Below are positions 1-8,603 of a DNA stretch of 24,000 bases, one piece after another; positions within the stretch are counted from its first letter, which is position 1; the number at the start of each line of letters is the position of its first letter. The position numbers and the translations under genes were made by a program. The stretch spans positions 3,832,388-3,856,387 of the forward strand of contig NZ_CP064923.1 in the NCBI RefSeq assembly GCF_018336915.1, written 5' to 3'. The DNA comes from Acaryochloris marina S15 (GTDB lineage Bacteria > Cyanobacteriota > Cyanobacteriia > Thermosynechococcales > Thermosynechococcaceae). The notes under the pieces were generated by a model. It saw only the letters and a list, made by a program, of their open reading frames with translations. It was not told where the DNA came from and ran no database searches.

Positions 1-154
1 TCGATATACCGCTGGATGCGTCGTAGTCTAGGGAGCATCTTACAAGCGACAGCATTGCTGCGCAGTGTTTAGCATTACAGTGAAAACAATCCCTTGCTAT
101 CACTGTTTCTGCTATTGGCCTGAACATTAATGCAACGATTTATATCCCTCTTTT

Positions 155-1141
155 ATGACCGCTTGGCCGTTAATTGCCTGGCGATTAATGCTGATTGAAA
201 TTATGACTCATAGCATATCTTCCCCTCAGCCCTCTGACTTACCTCAAAGCCTGCTGGGTCGGTTTCTCAAGTTTTTAAGACATCCCCGCTATACGGTGAA
301 TGTGGCAACAGAGCATCAAGGTGTTATTGATGTTCTGAGGCTCTATGCATTGGCTTTAGTGACGGTTTTGCCCCTAGGTGTTTTGAGTTCCAGATTGGCA
401 GATAATCTTGACTCTAGTAATAAAGTCTTAGAGATTACTAAAACCGTACCTATCTTGCAAATTATTCTGTTTGCGGTGATTCTGGCTCCGCTTTGGGAAG
501 AAGCGGTCTTCCGATTGCCTTTGCGCTATACCCCAATGAATCTAGCTATCCCTTTTTGTATCGGGATGATGTTGATTGTATCTTCCCTAACTGCGACTGA
601 TGTTCTCCCTCGCATCGCTGGATTACCCTTGTTGGCTGGCACAGTTGTTCTAGCGGTCGTTCTATGGCTGTGGCTCAAGGAACTAGATTCTCAACCCATC
701 CATACTTTTTATGAGAAATGGATAGGGTGGTTGTTTTATAGTTTTGCCTTAGCCTTTGGCCTAATTCATCTTGGGAACTTCACGAGTTTAGGTGCTCAGG
801 CTTGGCTTTTAGCCCCCCTTTTGGTGTTGCCCCAAACTGTGATTGGGGTGTTTTTGGGATTTATTCGGTTGCGGTACGGGTTTTGGTGGGCAGTGTTGAC
901 CCATGGCTTTCACAATGCCTGTGCAATCACGCCGCTGCTACTCGTGCGTCTGGGATCTGAGAATTTGCTTGAGAGTATGAGCAGTGGGATACAGGATAAG
1001 TCCTTGGCCGGAACAGACTATGTGCTCATATTACTGGTGTCTACCTATGTGCTCGGCGGCCTATTGCTCTGTTTGATTACCGTGTGGAGGTTAATTGCAG
1101 AATGGCGAGCAGAACACCGACAAGCTCGCCCCAATTCTTAG
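155..1141 (+). CDS. CPBP family (CAAX/bacteriocin-processing) intramembrane metalloprotease; the start could be the internal ATG at 203
   Basis: 328-aa ORF, multi-TM hydrophobic protein. Motif 1 'APLWEEAVFR' (EExxxR), motif 2 'FALAFGLIHLGNF', motif 3 'LTHGFHNAC' match the CPBP/Abi signature. Confidence 0.88.
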   Translation: MTAWPLIAWRLMLIEIMTHSISSPQPSDLPQSLLGRFLKFLRHPRYTVNVATEHQGVIDVLRLYALALVTVLPLGVLSSRLADNLDSSNKVLEITKTVPILQIILFAVILAPLWEEAVFRLPLRYTPMNLAIPFCIGMMLIVSSLTATDVLPRIAGLPLLAGTVVLAVVLWLWLKELDSQPIHTFYEKWIGWLFYSFALAFGLIHLGNFTSLGAQAWLLAPLLVLPQTVIGVFLGFIRLRYGFWWAVLTHGFHNACAITPLLLVRLGSENLLESMSSGIQDKSLAGTDYVLILLVSTYVLGGLLLCLITVWRLIAEWRAEHRQARPNS

Positions 1142-1181
1142 GGAAAGTCAGGGCACAGTGACCTGGGCAAAGAGTGCAGCC

Positions 1182-1199
1182 TGGTTGCGATCGCAACCA
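1182..1199. repeat. 18-bp perfect palindrome with a HIP1 core (TGGTTGCGATCGCAACCA) between convergent genes
   Basis: Read directly; the sequence equals its own reverse complement and contains GCGATCGC at 1187-1194. Confidence 0.8.
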
Positions 1200-1227
1200 T
1201 TGAAACCTCCCCAAAATAGTGTTGACC

Positions 1228-2373
1228 CTAAGATTCTTTCGGCATCACAGGATAGCCCCGCACTGCTGTATCAATGACTTGGGTTGATTTAATTCGGCGA
1301 GAGAACAGTGCCAATGTTTCTACTGCCCGCAGAATGCCATAGGAGAGCCAGCCTCGTAGGGCACTGGCCTGCCCATCAAAGGGGCGACAGCGAGCCAGGT
1401 CTGGTTCAAGAACCTGTTGGCGAAACGTCTCAATCACAGCGGGATTAGAAAAAATGGCTAGGACTTCTTCTTCGATGCGATAGCTCAAAAAATCAAAATT
1501 TGAAGATCCCACCACTAGATAGCGATCGTCGACCAGAGCTGCTTTCATATGGCTCATGCCGTCATAGAGGCGGACATCAAACCCCGACCGTTGGGCCTCC
1601 CACAAAAGATAATCTCTCACAGTGCCTTTGTTGTTGCCTTCTGGTGTGAGTAGAGTGACGGGGACGCCCCGCTGAGGTAGTTCGGCTAGTGCCCCGCAGA
1701 ACGGAAAGGTCAGATAGGGACTGATAATATGCAGAGATTTCTGGGCGGAGCATAGCAAATCCATCGTTTGCGCAAATGTGGCTTCATTAGACCGACCATC
1801 CAGGAGGAAAAACTCACAGTCTCCGAAATCAGCATGCCTGGGCTGGGATTGATCTTGCCAAGTCGCCACAAAATCTGCCCGCAGGAATTCCACCATTGCT
1901 GGGTCTTCTAGCCGAAACATCAGGTCATGCCAAGCAAAGTTATGGTCGCTGAAGTTAAAGCCGCCCACATAGGCAATGCGGTTATCGATCACGATCAGCT
2001 TTTTATGACTCCGCCCCACGAAGTGAATTAAGAAGGGACCCACCGGATTTGTAAAGCGAACCTGGCCTCCATCCTGTATTAGGGCTTCAAACATCGCGTG
2101 AGTCTGGCGGACCTCGGTTTTAAGTTCTTGATCCGACCAATATTTGGGATGGTAGATAAACTTGTCACTCTGAATAAATCGTGTGTAGTTATCCACCAAG
2201 ATTTGTTTACAAGGAGCTGCAGATGCCCGCATTGCCTCGATGACATTCTGGCCCGTTTGATCGCCTTCAAAGGTCATCATCTGCAGCATGATTTCGTGGT
2301 TAGCTGCTTGCAGATCGCTCTGGAGGCGCTGCCAAAAGGCATCCGCATCTACAAGAAGCTCCACATGATTCAT
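1228..2373 (-). CDS. Phospholipase D-like / cardiolipin synthase-like protein
   Basis: 381-aa ORF with two HKD motifs: 'HKKLIVIDNRIAYVGGFNFSD' and 'HMKAALVDDRYLVVGSSNFD'. Confidence 0.85.
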   Translation of the reverse strand: MNHVELLVDADAFWQRLQSDLQAANHEIMLQMMTFEGDQTGQNVIEAMRASAAPCKQILVDNYTRFIQSDKFIYHPKYWSDQELKTEVRQTHAMFEALIQDGGQVRFTNPVGPFLIHFVGRSHKKLIVIDNRIAYVGGFNFSDHNFAWHDLMFRLEDPAMVEFLRADFVATWQDQSQPRHADFGDCEFFLLDGRSNEATFAQTMDLLCSAQKSLHIISPYLTFPFCGALAELPQRGVPVTLLTPEGNNKGTVRDYLLWEAQRSGFDVRLYDGMSHMKAALVDDRYLVVGSSNFDFLSYRIEEEVLAIFSNPAVIETFRQQVLEPDLARCRPFDGQASALRGWLSYGILRAVETLALFSRRIKSTQVIDTAVRGYPVMPKES

Positions 2374-2807
2374 ACGCTAGACCTAACGATAAGGGATATC
2401 ACAGTCCACCAAGGATTGTGCCCTTGATGTTACTTTCGCCAGAGTAACAAAGCTTGTTCCCTGCAGCAAAAATAGTCTCTCAAGAGGTTAGGCCTGGGTT
2501 AGAGAGGTATTGTGGATGCGATCTCATCCAGTATTGCCCGAGATTCACCTGACAAAGGCACAAGATGACAGACATCTATGCAATGTAAATTTGAGCAGTC
2601 TCTAAATAGTCTGAATTGACTCAAGCTAGAACTTGAAGCATTCATTTAAGAAAGCTTTTTACCTGTAAACGGATAAGACAGGGATAAAAGGGGAAGTAGC
2701 CTCAAAGATATTGAAAAATTCCATATGCCTCTTGCAGACTTCATTTTGGGCATCCTAAGACTAGGTTAATATCGATTTTAGAGAGTTCTCATTGAGAACC
2801 AAGCATT

Positions 2808-4136
2808 ATGTCTGAGGGAAAAGAGTCTTCGTTGTTGGTTCATTTTCAGCCTGGAGAGCTGATTTTTACTGCCGGTGAAGAAGGGCACCATGCCTACATT
2901 ATTGAGTCAGGCCAAGTCGATATTTTTGTAACAACAACGGGGAAAGACGTCTCCTTCAAGACTCTTGTCAAAGGAGATGTATTTGGTGAGATGGCTGTGA
3001 TTGATGCTTCTCCCCGCTCAGCCTCTGCTCGGGCATTAACAGAGACCTGTTGTGTTGTTATTTCCAGTGAGCAAATCTCAGATCGGATTGAAGCTTCTGA
3101 TCCTGTGGTCAAGCTGTTAGTCTCACGGTTATTGGATCATATTCGGTCGTTGAATACTGGAGTCTCCCAGGCTGCTATGCCTGGCTCAGACCTACCGGAG
3201 TCCTCGTTAACATCATCGTCTCCGTTCTTTCCTCACCAACCTGTCTTGGAAAAAATGCGGTTGGAGTCGGAATTACTAGATGCGATCGCAACCAATGCCT
3301 TTGTCCCCCACTATCAGCCTCTAGTTGATCTGGAGACGGAAGAGATCCTGGGATTTGAATTCTTAATTCGGTGGGAAAGCCCCACCCGAGGCTGGGTTTC
3401 TCCTGCCATGTTTATCAATACAGCAGAAGAAACTTCATTGATTCGCCCCATTGGTCGTTGGGTTCTTGAAAACGCCTGCGCAGATCTCAATCGCCTTAAT
3501 CAGGCCCTCACTAACACTTTGGCAAACCCAGTGGAGAACAGACCACCGTTATTTATCAGCGTTAACGTCTCTGCCCGCCAGTTTCAAGCCCCACAATTTA
3601 ATGAAGAATTGCTTGAGATCCTCCAGCGACATCAGATTCCCCATTCCCAGATTAAATTGGAGGTCACTGAGCGGGTCCTAATGGAGGGACCTTCAGCTAT
3701 CAACATCATTCAACAGTGCCGACAGCTTGGATTTCATCTAGCCCTCGATGACTTTGGCACAGGATTTTCGAGTCTCACTTATCTCGCTAAATTTGAGATA
3801 GATAGCCTCAAAATAGACCAGTATTTTGTCCGTCAAATGTTAACGAATCGTCGAACCCTGGCTCTGATGAAGAATATTTTGGCCATGACTCGGGATTTGG
3901 AAATGCTTTCCGTTGCTGAAGGAGTGGAAACCCAGGAAGAGCTTGATATTCTGCGGCGGTTAGGCTGCCAAGTTGGGCAAGGATATTTGTTTGGCAAACC
4001 TCTCCCTTTTGAATCAGCCAAAAACTTACTGTTAGATAACTATCGTTACTCCTCAAGGCCAACTGTCAAAGTTCTTCGGGAGTGCGAGTTCGAGAGCAAT
4101 GTGCCGCTTCAGACGGCCAGGTTCAAAACCAGGTAA
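2808..4136 (+). CDS. Cyclic-nucleotide-binding domain fused to an EAL (c-di-GMP phosphodiesterase-type) domain
   Basis: N-terminal CAP_ED-like region 'FQPGELIFTAGEEG...KGDVFGEMAVIDASPRSASARA'. C-terminal EAL-type region 'YQPLVDLETEEILGFEFLIRW...FISVNVSARQF...LEVTERV...LALDDFGTGFSSL...SLKIDQYFV...GVETQEELDIL...GCQVGQGYLFGKP'. The final ~11 residues are probably IS-derived. Confidence 0.9.
   Translation: MSEGKESSLLVHFQPGELIFTAGEEGHHAYIIESGQVDIFVTTTGKDVSFKTLVKGDVFGEMAVIDASPRSASARALTETCCVVISSEQISDRIEASDPVVKLLVSRLLDHIRSLNTGVSQAAMPGSDLPESSLTSSSPFFPHQPVLEKMRLESELLDAIATNAFVPHYQPLVDLETEEILGFEFLIRWESPTRGWVSPAMFINTAEETSLIRPIGRWVLENACADLNRLNQALTNTLANPVENRPPLFISVNVSARQFQAPQFNEELLEILQRHQIPHSQIKLEVTERVLMEGPSAINIIQQCRQLGFHLALDDFGTGFSSLTYLAKFEIDSLKIDQYFVRQMLTNRRTLALMKNILAMTRDLEMLSVAEGVETQEELDILRRLGCQVGQGYLFGKPLPFESAKNLLLDNYRYSSRPTVKVLRECEFESNVPLQTARFKTR
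4115..4132 (+). repeat. Left terminal inverted repeat core, GGCCAGGTTCAAAACCAG
   Basis: 16/18 identity to the reverse complement of 5763-5780 (GGCCTGGTTCAAAAACAG). Confidence 0.7.
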
Positions 4137-4283
4137 CAGTGTCATAGGCGATCAGGATAATCTGGAGGCTTGTCGTTTCCTCCTCTGACTGGATCACCGA
4201 GCATGATTTCAACCCCTGCCATTGCAGCCACCCTTCCTCCGAAGATCCGCAAAGATATCGGCATCTAGGCTCTATCGAGATCC

Positions 4284-5678
4284 ATGCCCATCGCCCGCAT
4301 TGCCAGAAAGAATCAAGTCAGTCGGAAGTTTGTGTATGAGCAGGAAGGTATCGCTGCACAAGCATTAGAGGACACCTTTCTCGACTCTAAAGGGGATAAT
4401 GAGGTTCTGTTCCATCTGCCAATCACCAAAACTTGGCTATTCCAGCTGATTCTGACCTTGGCGCTGATCTGCCACAGCTCCTATCGAGGTGTCGTTGAGC
4501 TACTGCGGGATCTGCTTGATTGGCTCATCAGTGTAGGAACAGTTCACAACCGTTTGCAAGTCGCAGCTGCAAAGGCAGAAGAGATCAACCAAGCTCAAGA
4601 CCTGTCTACGATTAAGCAGGGTCTTCATGATGAGATCTTTCAAGGCTCGATGCCTGTATTGACAGGGGTAGATGCCTTTTCCACTTACTGCTACCTCCTC
4701 AAAGCCGCAGAGCATCGAGATGAAGAGACTTGGGGATGGTACTTACTGGAGCTCCAAGCCCGAGGGTTCGACCCTGACAACACAATTGCTGATGGAGCAA
4801 AAGGCTTGAGGGCTGGGCAAAAAGCAGCCATGTCTGATACCCCATGCCATAGCGATGTCTTTCATATTCTCAAACAGTTTAAGGACTTTGTTCTGAGTTT
4901 GACACGCAAAGTTCAAGGGGTAACATCATCACGAGTGGACCAGGAGGAGGACATTATTAGAGCCCAACTTGCACAAGAACCCACTCGGTCGATGATAAGC
5001 AAGTGGGTTCACCTTAATCGTCGAGAGAAGAGGCTCTTCACCTTACTAAAAGATGTCAAAACCCTGTTTCAGTGGATGGTTCATGATGTCCTCGAACTAG
5101 CAGATCCAACCTTGTCAGTGCGTCAGGAGTTATTTGACTTCATCAAGGTAGAACTCCAACAGCGGGATGATGGTGAGTTCCCTATGATGCGCAAACTGTG
5201 GAAGGCATTGCACAACCAACGTGACCAACTTCTGGCATTTTCAGGGGTGTTAGATCAAAAGCTGGCTGAGATTACTATTCGCTTGGATATGCCGCTAGCC
5301 AAGGTCAGAGAAGTCTGTCTGCTTCATCGAAAACAGACTACCTCCAATGCCTACTGGGAGAAGTGGAACCAATTACATCAGGGACTTTCAGGAAAATTCT
5401 ACTACCTGATGGAAGCGGCCACTGAGGCACTTAAACAGACGTCTAGAGCTAGTTCGTTAGTGGAGAATCTCAACTCCCGGCTGCGCAATTACTTCTTTCT
5501 ACGACGTACCCTTGGGAACTCCTATTTGGGACTGTTGCAGTACTTCTTGAATCACCGCTGTTTTATGCGAAGTGAGATTCCTGAACGCGAAGGTAAAAGT
5601 CCTAAAGAATTGCTGACGGGAGAACCTCATTCTCACTGGCTAGAGCTACTAGGATTCAAACGATTCCAACGGGCATAG
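4284..5678 (+). CDS. DDE-type transposase-like protein (family uncertain), possibly N-terminally truncated by the upstream in-frame TAG at 4266-4268
   Basis: HTH-like N-terminus 'MPIARIARKNQVSRKFVYEQ'. Acidic catalytic-like segments 'LTGVDAFSTYCYLL', 'TIADGAKGLRAG', 'SLVENLNSRLRNYFFLRR'. Flanked by TIRs. Confidence 0.75.
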   Translation: MPIARIARKNQVSRKFVYEQEGIAAQALEDTFLDSKGDNEVLFHLPITKTWLFQLILTLALICHSSYRGVVELLRDLLDWLISVGTVHNRLQVAAAKAEEINQAQDLSTIKQGLHDEIFQGSMPVLTGVDAFSTYCYLLKAAEHRDEETWGWYLLELQARGFDPDNTIADGAKGLRAGQKAAMSDTPCHSDVFHILKQFKDFVLSLTRKVQGVTSSRVDQEEDIIRAQLAQEPTRSMISKWVHLNRREKRLFTLLKDVKTLFQWMVHDVLELADPTLSVRQELFDFIKVELQQRDDGEFPMMRKLWKALHNQRDQLLAFSGVLDQKLAEITIRLDMPLAKVREVCLLHRKQTTSNAYWEKWNQLHQGLSGKFYYLMEAATEALKQTSRASSLVENLNSRLRNYFFLRRTLGNSYLGLLQYFLNHRCFMRSEIPEREGKSPKELLTGEPHSHWLELLGFKRFQRA

Positions 5679-5762
5679 TCTGAATCTGATTGGGAAGCAG
5701 TAGACCTCAAGTCATCGATAATTGATGGCTTATTTTGCCGTGGAAGTGTAACCCAAAATCCA

Positions 5763-5780
5763 CTGTTTTTGAACCAGGCC
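5763..5780 (-). repeat. Right terminal inverted repeat core, CTGTTTTTGAACCAGGCC
   Basis: The reverse complement matches 4115-4132 at 16/18 positions. Confidence 0.7.
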
Positions 5781-5962
5781 AACTTAAGGCACTAGTTGTG
5801 TAACAGGATCTATAGTCTTTAGGCCTTATTGAATCGGCATTTGAGGCTTCTGCCTCCATTTTATCTGAAGTTTTGGCAGAAAAATGACTTTTGTCTTGTA
5901 GTTTTAGAAGACCAGTGCTCTGACAACTTTTACAAATGAATAATTGATAGGGGCTTTTTTTA

Positions 5963-7033
5963 TTAAAAATGGACAAGCATTGTTTTCTGAATGAAGGGCG
6001 ATGTCATAGCTGATAAAATTCCCCCATAATCCAGATTAAATCTAACTTCGCTACCAATCTTCAAATCGCAGTCCTTACTATCAAGGACAATATGATCGCT
6101 GCTAGAACCGAGTATTTCAACATCGTTCTCAGCACTTAAGCTAGAGACCAAAACATCTTGCCTTCCTAATGCAATAATGGCTCGGTGCTGAATCCCTTGA
6201 TCTATAAATGCAGGGATATTCCCAAAGGCATCCTGACAAATCGTACCAAAAGGCAAAGAGGGCTTTTCTTTTGCCTCAATCACTTCAGCGATTAGTTTAA
6301 AGGCATGGCGATATAATCTCGGAATTCTTCTTCCATATACCGTTTCACAGCCTAAAAGGATCGATTCTCCCACACGGAGGTTATTGATTCTTCCAGTTCC
6401 CTGATTCGATTGATACCATTCATAGTTTGCCGAGTTTCCGCCTGAAACAATGGTGAAGTTCATCTGAAATTCAGTTTCCATTGCAGTAGCTAATTCAGAT
6501 AACTCATCCATATTTTGTGCATCTGGCTTAATCCCTCCATAACAAGCCAAATTGCAGCCAATGCCAATAATATCAATATTAGGGAAGCCCAACACTTTGT
6601 GGATAAAAGGAGCAAGATCATCAGGAAGAATGCCCTCTCGAAGATCGCCTAATTCCACCATAATGATAATCTGATGAATCTTATTTTGCACTTTGGCATA
6701 GCGAGAAAGCGCTTTTATCGTCTCAAGCTCTGTATTCAGACTAATATCTACAGTTCTAATCACCAATTCTGCCTGACTCAAGGCTGTGCGAAGCAACACA
6801 AACTGAGCTGATATCCCCGCATCCTTCATCCTTTGAATATTTTCAAGGCGTGAGTCGGCAATAAAGTTAATACCACCTTGAAGCATAGCTGCAGCGATCG
6901 CAGGTTCTCCGAGGGTCGCTTTAGTAACACCCATCAAAGAAATACCTTTCTGCCTGTACAACTCCGATAGGATCTGTGCATTATGCTGTATCTGCGAGAG
7001 GGAAATCTCTATCCTTGGCAAAAAAGCTTGCAT
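5963..7033 (-). CDS. PLP-dependent alanine racemase-fold protein, YhfX/ornithine racemase-like
   Basis: N-terminal PLP-lysine-type segment 'GVTKATLGEPAIAAAMLQGGINFIADSRLENIQRM', then 'IDIIGIGCNLACYGG', 'TIVSGGNSANYEW', 'NNLRVGESILLG'. Starts 25 nt after the upstream gene. Confidence 0.82.
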   Translation of the reverse strand: MQAFLPRIEISLSQIQHNAQILSELYRQKGISLMGVTKATLGEPAIAAAMLQGGINFIADSRLENIQRMKDAGISAQFVLLRTALSQAELVIRTVDISLNTELETIKALSRYAKVQNKIHQIIIMVELGDLREGILPDDLAPFIHKVLGFPNIDIIGIGCNLACYGGIKPDAQNMDELSELATAMETEFQMNFTIVSGGNSANYEWYQSNQGTGRINNLRVGESILLGCETVYGRRIPRLYRHAFKLIAEVIEAKEKPSLPFGTICQDAFGNIPAFIDQGIQHRAIIALGRQDVLVSSLSAENDVEILGSSSDHIVLDSKDCDLKIGSEVRFNLDYGGILSAMTSPFIQKTMLVHF

Positions 7034-7058
7034 CTATCTCAATCCAGATATTTTGCAT

Positions 7059-8180
7059 CTACCCCATTGCCAATAGCAGTACTTTCTCTAACCCCTCCTG
7101 CTTAATTTTTTGATTCAGTTGCGGAAAATGCTGACCCAATGCCTGAATCAGTTTTTGACACCCATCACTAAGGACATCGGTTGTTGGTACTTGAAAATAG
7201 TCTTCATACTCTGCGATCACCCTTTGGGTTTCTGTAGTAGACATGTTTTCATGGCTAACTGTGATGGCAAGCACCTGAGATTGGGAAATCGATTCAATCA
7301 GTTGAATTTCACTCTCCAGAGTAGGCATAGATAGATGAGGAAAATCACATCGAAATTTTCTGGCAGGTGGATGCTGGAGAATGACTCCATCGGGCATACT
7401 GCCTTTTAAAATACCGAGAGAACTCATAAAAGCGGGATGACCGACTGCACTTTGACCTTCCACCAAAATGATATCGGGGGCTTCATTGTCAAACGTCTGC
7501 ACCACAGCATTTTCTATTTCACCAATTACGAATTGGGACACCAGAGCATCCATGGATACTCCATATTTTGCTCCTTGCATTAAACCCGTCTGCCCTGTCG
7601 CGACCATGACAGATTTTATCCCCAGCCTCTTTAAGGCTTGATTCAACTCCACTGCGGTAGTCATTTTGCCGCAAGCACAATCTGTACCGAGGACAGCAAT
7701 GACAGGTACATTCACTCTAGCTATTTGACCGCTAAAGATATGCAAATCCTTGAGCTGAGGTGGTTTTCTAATATCTTTAATCTGAATACCATGGTGATCA
7801 GCCATACGGGCAAACTCTGGATCTTCAGAGAAAAATTGGTGCAAACCGTTAATGATATCCATGCCCTTGGACATCGCTTCAAGAATTAAGAACCTTTCCA
7901 CCCTTGAGACACAGGCATCTAAAGGAGCTTTTCCATAGATGTAGCAATTTGGAACTTCTTGTAGCTGGTCTAAAGCCTCATCTAAGTTGGCAAAAATAGG
8001 GATGCCGTTTTTATGATCTCCTAACTCTTCCCCAGCATCTCTTCCCGCTAAAGTACTATCAATAACGCCAACGATGGTATACGCCTCAGAGTGCCGAACT
8101 AACCCTGAAGCAGTTTTCCCGTCTACTAAACCAAACTGATTCTCGCAGTAAACTAAAGCCGTCTTTTTCGCAAATGGCAT
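7059..8180 (-). CDS. DUF1611 family P-loop protein (DgcN-like; candidate D-amino-acid N-acyltransferase)
   Basis: 373 aa. N-terminal domain 'GLVRHSEAYTIVGVIDSTLAGRDAG', P-loop 'VLGTDCACGKMTTAVEL', then 'VATGQTGLMQGAKYG', 'VEGQSAVGHPAF' and 'HPPAR', typical of DUF1611. Confidence 0.8.
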   Translation of the reverse strand: MPFAKKTALVYCENQFGLVDGKTASGLVRHSEAYTIVGVIDSTLAGRDAGEELGDHKNGIPIFANLDEALDQLQEVPNCYIYGKAPLDACVSRVERFLILEAMSKGMDIINGLHQFFSEDPEFARMADHHGIQIKDIRKPPQLKDLHIFSGQIARVNVPVIAVLGTDCACGKMTTAVELNQALKRLGIKSVMVATGQTGLMQGAKYGVSMDALVSQFVIGEIENAVVQTFDNEAPDIILVEGQSAVGHPAFMSSLGILKGSMPDGVILQHPPARKFRCDFPHLSMPTLESEIQLIESISQSQVLAITVSHENMSTTETQRVIAEYEDYFQVPTTDVLSDGCQKLIQALGQHFPQLNQKIKQEGLEKVLLLAMG

Positions 8181-8202
8181 GCAATTAAACCTTTACAATT
8201 TT

Positions 8203-8258
8203 CTCTTAAATACTCAAGAGGCTTTTATAAGATTGCTAAGCCTCTTGAGTATTTAGAG
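8203..8258 (-). promoter_or_regulatory. Long perfect hairpin in the 5' leader region of the DUF1611/racemase operon (reads as terminator-like on the + strand)
   Basis: AAATACTCAAGAGGCTT (8208-8224) pairs perfectly with AAGCCTCTTGAGTATTT (8238-8254), 13-nt loop. The stem extends with T-A and, across a 1-nt bulge, CTC/GAG. + strand sequence after the stem is T-rich (TTTATTTATTTTTT). Confidence 0.7.
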
Positions 8259-8586
8259 TTTATTTATTTTTTCTCACAGGAAGAAACTATTCAGAAAGTA
8301 CAGTTCCTGAAATCTAGTGTGATCGTGTTTTTTAAAGATCTACGCAGTTAAAACTGCAGAGCTTAGTAAATTCTTTGGTGAATATAAGTAATGTATATAT
8401 CGAAGCGAGAAGCTCAGGACCTAGCTGAGTTTTCTTTTAAACCTATACCTATAGAAACTGTAACATATATTACTTTTTAGAATTATTGAATCAAAGATCT
8501 TGGTATGCTTTATTGCCTGAATACAGACTCGCTGATTCCTTACTGCCTACCTTCACCAGCTCAAGGGTGACCGGCTTGATCCTCCG

Positions 8587-8603
8587 TTTAACGGATTCTG
8601 GGG
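8587..8603 (+). repeat. Left arm of a 17-bp perfect inverted repeat (TTTAACGGATTCTGGGG)
   Basis: Exact reverse complement of 8836-8852. Confidence 0.75.

Larger units (their letters stand above)
4101..5792 (+). mobile_element. Insertion-sequence-like element carrying a transposase gene (outer boundaries approximate)
   Basis: Imperfect terminal inverted repeats flank the transposase ORF. The core is 16/18 matching (4115-4132 vs 5763-5780) and extends outward to GTGCC (4101-4105) / GGCAC (5788-5792) with a 2-nt indel. No clear target-site duplication identified. Confidence 0.65.

Noticed and set aside
1095-1277. 60-aa + strand ORF after the CPBP gene
   Set aside because: Overlaps both flanking genes' ends, no motif; chance ORF.
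1228-2373. Reading the PLD-like gene as an antiphage PLD nuclease effector
   Set aside because: The architecture (two HKD motifs, ~380 aa, no partner ATPase or helicase) fits cardiolipin synthase-like housekeeping enzymes better.
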